Source: Nannocystales bacterium
GTDB lineage: Bacteria > Myxococcota_A > Polyangia > Nannocystales > Nannocystaceae
Direction of reading: 5' to 3'
Assembly (NCBI GenBank): GCA_050633305.1
Contig: JBOEGF010000010.1
Location: 480,001 to 544,000 of the forward strand
Length of the DNA stretch: 64,000 nt
This document shows positions 10,051 through 19,495 of this stretch, in pieces (the stretch's first letter is position 1; each line of letters begins with the position of its first letter). The notes under the pieces are model-generated. The model was not told the origin of the DNA. It saw nothing but the letters and a program-made list of their open reading frames with translations, and made no database searches. The translations under genes and the position numbers were made by a program.

Positions 10051-12318
10051 TCAGGACTGCGAGTCCGGTGTCGGACGGGGCTCGACGAGCAGTGGACCGG
10101 TGAGACGGTATCCATCGCCGCTGCGTTCCAGCTGCTCGTGCAGGCCGGACTTCCGCAGTCGGGAAAGCTCCACGTTGAGGCGATTGCGCGAGGCTGTGTC
10201 GACGCGTTTACGGTCCGGCCAGCCCACGAGGATCAAGGCGTCCCGGTGTACGGTCGCTGTCGAGCCACGCTCAAATGCTTCGACAAGCGCAGCGAGGATG
10301 TTGCGGGCGGCGTCGGAGCGAACCTCGGCCCGGCCTCGGGTGGGGTGCTCGACGACGCTGCCGTCCTCGCGGATGGAAACTCGGGTTTGTGTACGCCGCT
10401 GTATCGCTGCGACCACACGCTGCGCGTATCGGGCCTCGTCCGACCGTGTCGTGGGCTCAGGAGGTGGGGACCCGGCCAGAAACGCAGCGTAGAGATCGAG
10501 GGTCTCGGTGGCCTGGAGGTCACCGGAGTCCACGGACTGTCGAGCCTTCTGCAGCTCGAGCCAAGCCGTGCCGGGGTCTCCGCCCTCGCTGGAACAGATG
10601 CCAAGCAGTGCGTGGGTCAGACCGATCTGACGCCGGTCGCCGATGTGCTGCAGGGCGTGGAGGGCCCGGCATAGGACCCGCCCCGCCGCTCCGATGCGGC
10701 CGCGCTCGAGAAGCAGCGCGCCCAGGTCGAAGCTGGCGATGGCGGCGAAGCGGCTGGCGCCCGAGGCTTGGTGATCGCGCAGGGCCAGGGAGAACGCGTG
10801 CTCGGCCGCAGCGAGGTCGCCACGCTCCTGGGCGAGCAGCCCCCGAAGGTGCCGAGCGCGGGCGACCCCGGCGATGTCGCACAATCTCTGGAACAGGTCT
10901 TCGGCTCGTTGGAGGTGCCGCTCTGCGACCGCGAGCGACCCCTGCTCGAATTCCAGTCCTCCCAGATGCTCCAGTGCTCGGGCGCGTGTCGAATCGGGAG
11001 CGGTGTCCGTGTCGATGATGCGCTCAAACATTGCGCGCGCACGCTGGACCTCGTCGGCGTGGCGCCAGGCGGTGGCGAGTGCACAGGCAAGCTCGGCCTT
11101 CAGCTCGGGGTCGGTCGCGTCGTCGTGCCCGGCTTCGAGTTCTTCGAGTCCACGCGCGGGCTCCCCCGCGATCCGGGCGAGGTTGCCGAACGCGAGGCGT
11201 TGCCGTGCCGTCGGCTGCTCTGGCCACAGTCGGTTCAGCGCCGTGAGAGCCCGACGCGCCGATCCGCTGTACGCTAGGGCGGGAGCGGCGCAGACCCATA
11301 GCGCCAAGGCTTCCGTGCGGTCTGTCGTGGAGTCCGCCGCCGCGGCAAGTTCCCGCCATGGGGGGTGCTCCGGGTGAGCCTCGGCGCGAGCGAGGAAGAA
11401 GGCCCGATGGCGGCGCTGCGAGGCTGAGTCGGGAGCGGTGTCGAGCGCGAAGTCCCGCAGCAGAGGCACGACTTCCAGCCGCTTCCTCCTGTCGACAACC
11501 CGGCTGCGAACCGCCGAGTGGGCGAATAGAGCCTCCAAGACCGTTGCATCGACCTTGGAAACCGCTGCGATGTCTTCGGGGAGCGCGGGCTCGGCGAACA
11601 CAGCGAGCGCCGAGGCGGAATCCCGCAGGCTCGTCGGGAGGGTTGTCCACCCCTCGTCTGCGGCATCACGCAGCGTTCCGGCGGCCGTCGGCAGGTCGAG
11701 GCGCCCCGCCGCGTGGGACACCGATGTAAACAAGGTGTCGGGATCCAAGACGAGCGCACGCCGGGCCAGTCCGAGGATTGCGAGGGGATTCCCCCCGAGG
11801 TCTTGCAGTGCTCGTGCAAGCCCGGCGCGGTGGGCACGGGTGTCGAACGGGGTCCCCACGTTGTGCAGGAATTGCTCGAACAACGCCGTCGCTGTGCCGA
11901 ACTCGAGCGGGGGCATCCAGAACGTCGTGTCGCAGTGTGGTCCAAGCCTGATCCGGCTGGTCACCAGTGCACGGCGAGTCTCGTGGACGCCAAGCCACCG
12001 TGGCAGCAGGGCCCGAACCGCGTCGGGGGCTCGGTCGGCGGAATCGATGACGAGCAAAGGGTGCTCGTGGACGGGGAGCGCCCCGAGCTTCGTCTCAAAG
12101 CTCTCGGTCGTCTCTTGCACCTCGAGTTGCACATGGACGGAAGGCGGTGGACCAGCCTCGACACCGGCTTCTCGAGCGAGTCGGGTCTTGCCGCTGCCGA
12201 CCGGCCCCACGATGGTGACCCAGCGTGACTGTGCCAAGGTCTCGGCGACGCCATCGACCCACGCTCGTGGGCCCGTCCAGGGGCACGGCGGTGGAGACAG
12301 CTGATCAGAGCGCAGCAT
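10051..12318 (-). CDS. P-loop ATPase + TPR regulator with C-terminal winged-helix-like domain
   Basis: GPVGSGKTRLA Walker A, LGGNPLAI, TPR-like helices, C-terminal RNRLNVELSRLRK..GYRL. Confidence 0.75.
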   Translation of the reverse strand: MLRSDQLSPPPCPWTGPRAWVDGVAETLAQSRWVTIVGPVGSGKTRLAREAGVEAGPPPSVHVQLEVQETTESFETKLGALPVHEHPLLVIDSADRAPDAVRALLPRWLGVHETRRALVTSRIRLGPHCDTTFWMPPLEFGTATALFEQFLHNVGTPFDTRAHRAGLARALQDLGGNPLAILGLARRALVLDPDTLFTSVSHAAGRLDLPTAAGTLRDAADEGWTTLPTSLRDSASALAVFAEPALPEDIAAVSKVDATVLEALFAHSAVRSRVVDRRKRLEVVPLLRDFALDTAPDSASQRRHRAFFLARAEAHPEHPPWRELAAAADSTTDRTEALALWVCAAPALAYSGSARRALTALNRLWPEQPTARQRLAFGNLARIAGEPARGLEELEAGHDDATDPELKAELACALATAWRHADEVQRARAMFERIIDTDTAPDSTRARALEHLGGLEFEQGSLAVAERHLQRAEDLFQRLCDIAGVARARHLRGLLAQERGDLAAAEHAFSLALRDHQASGASRFAAIASFDLGALLLERGRIGAAGRVLCRALHALQHIGDRRQIGLTHALLGICSSEGGDPGTAWLELQKARQSVDSGDLQATETLDLYAAFLAGSPPPEPTTRSDEARYAQRVVAAIQRRTQTRVSIREDGSVVEHPTRGRAEVRSDAARNILAALVEAFERGSTATVHRDALILVGWPDRKRVDTASRNRLNVELSRLRKSGLHEQLERSGDGYRLTGPLLVEPRPTPDSQS

Positions 12319-12328
12319 CGAACCTCAA

Positions 12329-12868
12329 CTACATCACACCCTCGTACTCGATGGTCAGGATGGACTGTTCATGGTCCGAATCCGCCACCAGCACACGACC
12401 CCGGTACAGCGCGCCTGCGCTCGTTCTCAGCAGCAACCCCGTGTTGGCGAAGTCGGCGTTCCCGGTTCCGATGAGGCCGAAGAGAGCGGTGTGATCCCAG
12501 CAACCCCCGATCTCACAGTCGCAGATCGACGCGTCGGTGGGGACGTCGTCCAGATGCTCGAATGGCTCCGAGAGTAGACAAACCAGGGGCTCGTCCAACT
12601 CGGACTGGAGCACGAGGTACCGGCCGATGCTCGCCCGAACACGCCCCTCGCCGAGGGACGCCGGAGGATGCGACGGCGTCTCGACCGCGACACTGGCGTG
12701 CTCGAGGTTGAGCACGGCGTGTTCATCCCAGTTTGGAAGCAGGGTCACCTCGCAAACCTCCGCCCAGGGATCACACCCCGGCTCCTCGACCGACTCTTCC
12801 GTCTCGACCGCGGGACCACACGCTGTGAGCGCCACCAGGAGGAAGGAAAGGCCGGTCGTTCTGTTCAT
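12329..12868 (-). CDS. Hypothetical lipoprotein
   Basis: Lipobox LTAC; 10 bp upstream of the ATPase-TPR gene. Confidence 0.65.
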   Translation of the reverse strand: MNRTTGLSFLLVALTACGPAVETEESVEEPGCDPWAEVCEVTLLPNWDEHAVLNLEHASVAVETPSHPPASLGEGRVRASIGRYLVLQSELDEPLVCLLSEPFEHLDDVPTDASICDCEIGGCWDHTALFGLIGTGNADFANTGLLLRTSAGALYRGRVLVADSDHEQSILTIEYEGVM

Positions 12869-12959
12869 GACGGCACTGGACCACGTTGCCGCTTAACAGG
12901 GGCCTTAAAGCGCTGACAAGGGCATCGCCGTTTTCGATGCAGTCCGACAGGCGGGTCCC

Positions 12960-13004
12960 GACCCCCATCATGGGGGTCGTCATGGGGGGCGTCATGGGGG
13001 TCGT
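12960..13004. repeat. Three tandem 12-bp repeats CATGGGGG(T/G)CGT plus an inverted partial copy
   Basis: Units at 12969, 12981, 12993; GACCCCCAT-C-ATGGGGGTC palindrome at 12960-12978. Confidence 0.85.
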
Positions 13005-13037
13005 CGAGGTGGCACCAACCGGATGGGCCGCGCCGCG

Positions 13038-13826
13038 CTACTTCGAGGGGCGAACGGGGATGTTGTGCTCGTTGAGGTAGCCCTTGGCTTGCCCAATCGA
13101 GTACAGCCCGAAGTGGAAGATCGACGCTGCGAGGGCCGCATCGGCTTCGCCCTCACCCGTTGCGAGGCCTTGCCGAAGGTGTTCGAGCGAGCCCACGCCT
13201 CCGCTTGCGATGACGGGTACGTCTACCGAACGCGAGACGGTGCGGGTGATCCACAGGTCGTAGCCCTCGCGGCTTCCATCGCGATCCATGCTGGTCAGCA
13301 GGATCTCTCCGACGCCCAAGTCGGCCAACGTCTTGCACCACTGGATCGCTTCGAGGCCGGTACCCCGGGTTCCGCCGTACGCGACGACTTCGTAGACTGG
13401 ACCCTCATCTTGGGGGATGGGGGGCAGGCGGCGAACGTCGACGGCGCCGACGATGCATTGCGAGCCGTAGCGCTTGGCGAGGTCCGCGATGAGCAGTGGG
13501 TTGGTGACCGCGGCCGAGTTGACGGCCACCTTGTCGGCACCCGCGGCGAGCATGCGGTCCACGTCGCTGGCGCGTCGGACACCGCCGCCCACGGTCACTG
13601 GGACGAACAGGGACGGAGTCACGCGCCGGATCACGTCGATGAAGGCGGTTCGGCCTTCCGTGGTGGCGGTGATGTCGAGCATGCACAGCTCGTCGGCACC
13701 TTGTTTGTCGTAAGCACGAGCGGCTTCGATGGGGTCGCCTGCGTCTCGCAGCCCGCCAAAGTGCACGCCTTTGACCACGCGGCCGTTCTTGATGTCCAGA
13801 CAGGGAATGATGCGTCGCTTCAACAT
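13038..13826 (-). CDS. hisF: Imidazole glycerol phosphate synthase cyclase subunit
   Basis: [43 protein letters not shown]. Confidence 0.98.
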   Translation of the reverse strand: MLKRRIIPCLDIKNGRVVKGVHFGGLRDAGDPIEAARAYDKQGADELCMLDITATTEGRTAFIDVIRRVTPSLFVPVTVGGGVRRASDVDRMLAAGADKVAVNSAAVTNPLLIADLAKRYGSQCIVGAVDVRRLPPIPQDEGPVYEVVAYGGTRGTGLEAIQWCKTLADLGVGEILLTSMDRDGSREGYDLWITRTVSRSVDVPVIASGGVGSLEHLRQGLATGEGEADAALAASIFHFGLYSIGQAKGYLNEHNIPVRPSK

Positions 13827-14539
13827 CGGCTCAGCGCCTCCTCGACGGTAAAAGCGCCCTCATAAAGGGCGCGTCCCAGCACGACCCCAGCAATGTCGGC
13901 GCGGGCGCAAGCTTCGATGTGATCGAGGCTGCCCACGCCGCCGCTGGCGTACACTGGGATGGAAACTTCTTTTTGGATGGATGCGGTGCCATCGACGGCG
14001 GGACCGCCTTGCATGCCATCGCGGGACACGTCGGTGTGCAGCACGGCTGCGGCGCCCCAACGTGCGGCAGTTTGTGCGAGCTGAAGGGCTGTGACCTCGC
14101 TCTTCTCGGTCCAGCCTTCGAGGGCCACCATGCCGTCGCGAGCGTCCGCCGCGACGACGATGCGGTCCGCGTGCTTTTGGCACAGCGCCTCGACCGTGGT
14201 GGGGTCCTTGATGGCAAGGGTTCCGAGGACAACGCGATCGACACCGGCATCGATGAGCGCATCGACCGTCGCAGCATCACGAATGCCTCCGCCGGTTTGG
14301 ACGCGGACGTCGTGTTCGGCGGCCGCACGGCAGATGTCGACGACGATCTTGCGATGCGTGGGGTTGCCTTCGAAAGCGCCGTCGAGGTCGACGACGTGAA
14401 TGCAGCCCGCGCCCGCGCGCGCAAATCCCTGAGCCAACCCGACGGGATCGTCGGAGTAGGTCGTGACGCGGTCGCGCTCACCTTGAGCCAGTCGCACCGC
14501 TTTTCCGCCCATCAGGTCGATGGCCGGAATGAGGATCAT
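13820..14539 (-). CDS. hisA: ProFAR isomerase
   Basis: [40 protein letters not shown] 14539 overlaps the hisH stop. Confidence 0.96.
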   Translation of the reverse strand: MILIPAIDLMGGKAVRLAQGERDRVTTYSDDPVGLAQGFARAGAGCIHVVDLDGAFEGNPTHRKIVVDICRAAAEHDVRVQTGGGIRDAATVDALIDAGVDRVVLGTLAIKDPTTVEALCQKHADRIVVAADARDGMVALEGWTEKSEVTALQLAQTAARWGAAAVLHTDVSRDGMQGGPAVDGTASIQKEVSIPVYASGGVGSLDHIEACARADIAGVVLGRALYEGAFTVEEALSRC

Positions 14540-15426
14540 CCCCCGCCCCCGAGCAGGAAGGCGCGAAGGAACTTGAGGCCCGATCGCTGACTCTTCTCGG
14601 GGTGGAACTGGCAGCCAAGGACGTTGCCGCGCCGCACTGCAGCTGGGAAACGAATGCCGCCGTACGTCGTCATCCACATGACGTCGTCGTTGTTTTCGCA
14701 GGCGACGTAGTAGCTGTGAACGAAGTAGTAGTGCTCGTTGGTCGGCTCGACCTGGTTCCAACCCATGTGTGGGACCTTGAGCCGTCGGACGAGACGCTGT
14801 GGCTTTGCGGGCTCGACGATCGGAGCCGGAGCTGGCTCGATGATTGGAGCAGGAGCAGGAGCCGCGACGGGGGGTGGTGCGGCAGTCGGGGCCGCGAATC
14901 CGGGGAGCTGTCCCTGGTCGTGCCCAGAGAGCGGCTGTTGAGCCGGTGCGGGGGGTGGGGGCGCGGGCGTCGGGGTGGCCGCCGGGAGATCTGTCGCGAC
15001 GGTCTGAGCGTGGCTGGTGTCGGCTCTCGGGTCGGCGGCTGCGGGTGCGACCTCTTGGGCGCCTGACTCAGCGGGCATCTCCATTCCATCAGGGAAACGC
15101 CGGCATCGGCCAGGAAGGATCCCGAGCCCTTTTTGCCCCTCGTTTTCCTCACTGCTCTGAAAAAGCAGCTGCATGCCGAGGCAGATCCCCAAGAAGGGAT
15201 CACCGCGCTCGATGACCATGCGCAGGGCATTGCCCATCCTGCCTTCGACAAGCTTCTGGGTTTTTGCGCCAAATGCGCCCTGGCCGGGGAAGACGACACA
15301 GCGGGACATGGCGACTTCGTCTGCGTTCCGCGTGACATTCACGGCTCCACCGACTTGGATGAGAGCGCGTTCCACGCTAGCGATGTTGCCGAGCCCGGCG
15401 TCGACGAGGGTGACTTCGCGCGCCAT
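14536..15426 (-). CDS. hisH: Imidazole glycerol phosphate synthase glutaminase subunit, with ~100-aa Pro/Ala-rich insertion
   Basis: GLGNIASV, PGQGAF, LGICLGMQ, KVPHMGWN, YFVHSY, QFHPEKS. Confidence 0.95.
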   Translation of the reverse strand: MAREVTLVDAGLGNIASVERALIQVGGAVNVTRNADEVAMSRCVVFPGQGAFGAKTQKLVEGRMGNALRMVIERGDPFLGICLGMQLLFQSSEENEGQKGLGILPGRCRRFPDGMEMPAESGAQEVAPAAADPRADTSHAQTVATDLPAATPTPAPPPPAPAQQPLSGHDQGQLPGFAAPTAAPPPVAAPAPAPIIEPAPAPIVEPAKPQRLVRRLKVPHMGWNQVEPTNEHYYFVHSYYVACENNDDVMWMTTYGGIRFPAAVRRGNVLGCQFHPEKSQRSGLKFLRAFLLGGGG

Positions 15427-15562
15427 GAAGGCCGCATGAATACCACAAACGGCCCCGCCCGCAGAATCGGCGCGCGATCCCCCCTGTACGGGCTTTCACC
15501 TGAGGGTGACCTTCGGTGACACGCCTGTGGGGGGCAGGCTCGGCGCGCTCGGTTCCGTCCGC

Positions 15563-15601
15563 TCTGTGAAGGATTGTTAGCGGATGGCCAACGATTGTTT
15601 G
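15563..15601 (+). promoter_or_regulatory. OmpR/CpxR-like direct-repeat box, copy 1
   Basis: TCTGTGAAGGATTGTTA ... TGTTTG, upstream of the response regulator; near-identical copy at 17813. Confidence 0.6.
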
Positions 15602-15675
15602 GCCCGCCGAGTGCCGAGCCGACCGACGCGTACTCTGCCACGGCGCACCGTGTAGGGTACCGGGCGGATCGAGTC

Positions 15676-16380
15676 GTGCAGGCGCTGCGAGTTGCATACG
15701 TCGAGGATGACGAGAAGCTCGGTCGTCTCACGGCCCGGTACCTCGAGTCCCACGGAGTCGAAGTCGCGGTCTACCAAGACCCCGAAGAGGCGATCTCAGA
15801 GATCCTCCGCGCACGCCCGGACGTCGTACTGCTGGACCTGATGTTGCCGGGGATCGATGGGTTCGAGGTGCTGCGACGGCTTCGCAAACATCTCGACGTC
15901 GCGATCATCATGGTCACCGCCCGGGGCGAAGAGGCCGATCGGGTGATCGGTCTGGAAGGCGGGGCGGACGACTACGTGTCGAAGCCGTTCGCTTCGCGGG
16001 AACTGTTGGCCCGCATTCGAGCGCAGGGCCGACGGGTCCGCCAGCGGACGATGGCCCCCAACCGGCGTGCCCAAGCTGGCCCCTTGGTCATCGATGGCCG
16101 GACCCGGTCGGCCTTGCTCGACGGCAAGCGGCTGGAGCTGACGACGTACGAGTTCGAGCTGCTGCAGGTGCTGGTGCAGCGTGCTGGCGAGGTCCTCACG
16201 CGAGAGCAACTCGTTGAGGCCGTTCGCGGCAGCGCGGAAGAAGCGTTCGAGCGCTCGATCGATGTGCACATCTCGAACATTCGCAAGAAGCTCGGCGAAC
16301 CCGCGCGGCATCCGACGTTGCTCAAGACCGTCAGAGGCATCGGCTACATCCTGGCGTGTGGCCCTGAAAGCGACTCGTGA
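15676..16380 (+). CDS. OmpR/PhoB-family response regulator
   Basis: VEDD, LLDLMLPGIDG, GADDYVSKPF, winged helix ERSIDVHISNIRKKL, TVRGIGY; start at GTG 15676 is approximate. Confidence 0.95.
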   Translation: MQALRVAYVEDDEKLGRLTARYLESHGVEVAVYQDPEEAISEILRARPDVVLLDLMLPGIDGFEVLRRLRKHLDVAIIMVTARGEEADRVIGLEGGADDYVSKPFASRELLARIRAQGRRVRQRTMAPNRRAQAGPLVIDGRTRSALLDGKRLELTTYEFELLQVLVQRAGEVLTREQLVEAVRGSAEEAFERSIDVHISNIRKKLGEPARHPTLLKTVRGIGYILACGPESDS

Positions 16381-17819
16381 AGTCCACGCTCTCGTTTCGG
16401 ATCTATGCGTTGGGGCTGCTGCAGATCGCGGTTGTCCTGTTTGGATTCGGCGTGGTTGCTCAGTGGGATCGCCCGGCACCTCCGGACGAGATGCGCAGGC
16501 AGGAGGTTTCGCTCGCGTCCGCAGTCGAGCTTGATCTTCACGATGCGGTCTCGGTCCAGCGTCACCTCGACCTGGCGCTGGCGGAGCAGGGCGTAGAGGT
16601 GGAGGTCTTCGACCACGAAGACCGGCGAATCGCCACGACCATTCCGGAGGATGCGGAGCCATGCGTCGAGGTGATGGGCGCAAGTCCGCACGATCAGCCG
16701 CCGCCTCCCCCGGGGCCGGGAAACCCGCCCGGGGGTCCACCCGGCGGCCCTCCGAGGGGCGACGGCAGGGCCGGCGTCGTCACGGGTCCGCCCCCGGGCA
16801 GTCCGCGACCCTTCTGCTACTCGCTTCCGATTCGGTCCGGAGCCGGCCTTGGCAAGGTCGTGTTCCGGCGCGTCATGCCTGGCATGACGTCCCCGTTCGC
16901 GCCGTCGGTGATCCTGCTGACGCTCGTCACGGTGGCCGTCGCGTCGTGGTTGCTGATGCGGTCCCTCGTGCGACCCCTTCAGACCCTGGGCAACGCGGCT
17001 CACGCCTTGGGAAAAGGTGACCTCGCCGCGCGGACGGGAATGGAGCGGGACGACGAGCTGGGAGAGGTCGCGCATGCGTTCGACACGATGGCCAACCGTA
17101 TCGAGGAACTCGTTCGCGGCGAACGGGAGTTGATCGCGAACATCTCGCACGAGTTCCGCACCCCGTTGGCCCGGATCCGGGTCGCGCTGGACTTGGCCGC
17201 GGAGTCGGACTCGGCAGATGACGTGCGCGCGTCCCTCGGAGACATCGTCGAGGATCTCGAAGAACTCGACCAGCTCGTCTCCGATGTTCTCGACTCGGCG
17301 CGGCCGGTCTTGGACCCGCAGGGAGCTTCGGGGACACCGACCCTTCACTCGAAGTCGTTCGATGGAACACAATGGTTGCAGGCGTCAGCAGAGCGTTTTG
17401 CCGGGCTGTATCCGGACCGTGCCCTCGAGATCGAACTGGCCGCGGGGGCGCCCTTGCGCGGAGATCCCTCGCTGCTTCGGCGGATGGTCGACAACCTGTT
17501 GGACAACGCGCAGAAGTTTTCGGCGTCGGATCCACGGCCTATCTCGCTGTCCTCGCGTCGCGTGGGAGAATGGTTGCACATCGAGGTCCGCGACTTTGGG
17601 ATCGGCATCGGCCCCGAAGATCTCGACCGGGTGTTCGAGCCCTTCTTCCGGGCGGACCCCAGTCGAGCGCGCAGTACGGGTGGCACGGGATTGGGCTTGG
17701 GGCTGGCCCGGCGCATCGCTCACGCGCACGGCGGGACGTTGGCCCTGGAGAGTCAGGTCGGTGTAGGAACCACCGCTCGCATCCGCTTGCCGGTCGCCGA
17801 TGCGGAGCCCCGTCTGTAA
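16377..17819 (+). CDS. Sensor histidine kinase (HAMP, HisKA, HATPase)
   Basis: Two TMs, HAMP, ISHEFRTPLARI, NLLDNA, DFGIGI, GTGLGL; GTGA-coupled to the regulator. Confidence 0.95.
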   Translation: MKSTLSFRIYALGLLQIAVVLFGFGVVAQWDRPAPPDEMRRQEVSLASAVELDLHDAVSVQRHLDLALAEQGVEVEVFDHEDRRIATTIPEDAEPCVEVMGASPHDQPPPPPGPGNPPGGPPGGPPRGDGRAGVVTGPPPGSPRPFCYSLPIRSGAGLGKVVFRRVMPGMTSPFAPSVILLTLVTVAVASWLLMRSLVRPLQTLGNAAHALGKGDLAARTGMERDDELGEVAHAFDTMANRIEELVRGERELIANISHEFRTPLARIRVALDLAAESDSADDVRASLGDIVEDLEELDQLVSDVLDSARPVLDPQGASGTPTLHSKSFDGTQWLQASAERFAGLYPDRALEIELAAGAPLRGDPSLLRRMVDNLLDNAQKFSASDPRPISLSSRRVGEWLHIEVRDFGIGIGPEDLDRVFEPFFRADPSRARSTGGTGLGLGLARRIAHAHGGTLALESQVGVGTTARIRLPVADAEPRL

Positions 17820-17851
17820 GGGATTGTTAAGAACCCTCGCGGAACTGTTTG
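17813..17851 (+). promoter_or_regulatory. OmpR/CpxR-like direct-repeat box, copy 2
   Basis: TCTGTAAGGGATTGTTA ... TGTTTG; 15/17 identical to copy 1 with the same spacing to TGTTTG; upstream of the YHYH operon. Confidence 0.6.
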
Positions 17852-17892
17852 CGGCGGACGGTCTCCGGCCGCCCCGCGACTAGCCTGCGTGG

Positions 17893-18888
17893 GTGAACTG
17901 GCGACACTTCGGACTTCGGGACAAGCGCGGTCGCGCTCTTCTTGCCCTGTGCCTGCTCTCGCTGGCCTGTGGAGACGAGGGGGGCGGAGATACGGTTGGG
18001 GCATCGACGGGCGCAGAGGGATCAACAACCTCCGCGGCATCGTCGTCGGGCTCGACCGCTTCGGGCTCCTCGGGCGCAGTCGGCTCCTCGAGTGGCGTTG
18101 CCGACTCGAGCTCTTCGGGCACGGCCAGCACCGGGTCCGGGGGCTCGGGAACGACGGGCACCACCGGAACCACCGGCGGTCTGCATCCGGCGTTTGCAGA
18201 GTTTGATGCGGAGAACTTCACCATCACGCTCGATGGGGACGAGGTCGTGCTGGAGTCGAACGGCCTCCCCAACCACGTCTCGCCGTACTGGTCCAACACG
18301 ACGGCCCGTGCGTCTCCCGACGGCATGGGACCCGCCACTCCGGCAGCCGACGAAGACCATCCGTTGTTCGTGGCACCCACGGCGACGAGCTTCGAAAGCA
18401 TGGCTCCGGGCAACATCGACGACTTCATGGGCTCCTTCGAGCTGCGGGTTCCCGTCTCGCCCCAGCGGGCCGACCAATCCACGGCAACGGGCTTGGGTCC
18501 GATCGGGATGGCTGTCAGCGGAGCGATGATCTACAACGACGAGGAGGGGCCCAACGTACCGCTCGACAACGCCGTCCCTTCGCTCGACTTCACCGCAGCG
18601 CACACCGGCCCGCAGAGCTATCACTACCACCTCGAGCCCAAGGCCTGGTCCGACGATGACGACGCCCTCATCGGCGTGATGGCCGACGGCTTCTTCTTGT
18701 ATGGGCGTCGGGACAGCGCGACCGGAGACTACCCTGACGACCTGGATGTCTCTGGAGGGCACGAGGGGATGACTCCGCACGCACGCACGCCCGAGTACCA
18801 CTATCACATCCAGAACGAAGCCTACTTGAACGAGTACTACGTGCTCTTTCCCGGCGACTATCAGGGCACCCCCACGGGGATTCAGTAG
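17893..18888 (+). CDS. YHYH-domain lipoprotein (copy 1)
   Basis: Lipobox SLAC, Ser/Gly/Thr linker, GLPNH, AHTGPQSYHYH, DGFFLYG, EYHYH. Confidence 0.85.
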   Translation: MNWRHFGLRDKRGRALLALCLLSLACGDEGGGDTVGASTGAEGSTTSAASSSGSTASGSSGAVGSSSGVADSSSSGTASTGSGGSGTTGTTGTTGGLHPAFAEFDAENFTITLDGDEVVLESNGLPNHVSPYWSNTTARASPDGMGPATPAADEDHPLFVAPTATSFESMAPGNIDDFMGSFELRVPVSPQRADQSTATGLGPIGMAVSGAMIYNDEEGPNVPLDNAVPSLDFTAAHTGPQSYHYHLEPKAWSDDDDALIGVMADGFFLYGRRDSATGDYPDDLDVSGGHEGMTPHARTPEYHYHIQNEAYLNEYYVLFPGDYQGTPTGIQ

Positions 18889-18901
18889 CGGGGGCTCGAC
18901 G

Positions 18902-19495
18902 GTGGGCAAGAGAGTCCCATGGCTTGTGGTGTGCGTCGGAGGCCTCGCCCTCGGTGCCGCTTGGCCTCAGACGCAACCGCGAGCGGCCGCGGCCGTGACC
19001 GAGATCGAAGCCGAAAGGCTCGACGTGCGGGCCGATCAGGGGCTCGTTGTTCTCGGCCGACTGCCGTACACAGGGGTCGCGCTTCGTCACGATGAGATGG
19101 GCCGACTCGTCGCGCGAAACCAGTATCGGTTTGGCAAAAAACACGGTCGTCAGGAGATGTGGTTTGCGGACGGCACGCGGAGTTTTTTCAGCGACTACGT
19201 GGTGGGGAAGCGACATGGCGAGACCCGGAGCTGGTGGCGCAACGGCAACCCGCGGACGCGCTCGAACTTTGTCGAGGGGCGGGCCGACGGAGTCCAGCTC
19301 CAGTGGTACGTCAGCGGCGCGAAGTTCAAGGAGATGCGGCTGCGGGCCGGGCGAGAGGTCGGGATGCAGCGCTCCTGGCGAGAGAACGGAAAGCTCTACA
19401 ACAACTACGAAGTCCACGATGGCCGCATCTACGGACTCAAGCGAAGCAAACTGTGTTTTCGGCTCGACGATGAAGAAATCCAAATCTCGAAGTAG
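18902..19495 (+). CDS. Exported MORN-variant / YwqK-like repeat protein
   Basis: Signal peptide; repeats such as YRFGKKHG..WFADG, GKRHG..WWRNG, GRADG..WYVSG, GREVG..WRENG. Confidence 0.8.
   Translation: MGKRVPWLVVCVGGLALGAAWPQTQPRAAAAVTEIEAERLDVRADQGLVVLGRLPYTGVALRHDEMGRLVARNQYRFGKKHGRQEMWFADGTRSFFSDYVVGKRHGETRSWWRNGNPRTRSNFVEGRADGVQLQWYVSGAKFKEMRLRAGREVGMQRSWRENGKLYNNYEVHDGRIYGLKRSKLCFRLDDEEIQISK

Noticed and set aside
12771..12995. ORF beginning MTPPMTTPMM
   Set aside because: Product of the 12-bp tandem repeat, and it overlaps the lipoprotein gene out of frame.
12960..13004. Repeat array as a CRISPR
   Set aside because: 12-bp units with no spacers and no cas genes.
14782..15084. HisH insertion as an intein
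   Set aside because: No N-terminal Cys/Ser or C-terminal His-Asn splice motifs; low complexity.
18902..19495. YwqK-like protein as an antitoxin
   Set aside because: It has a signal peptide and no adjacent toxin; the similarity reflects MORN-variant repeats only.
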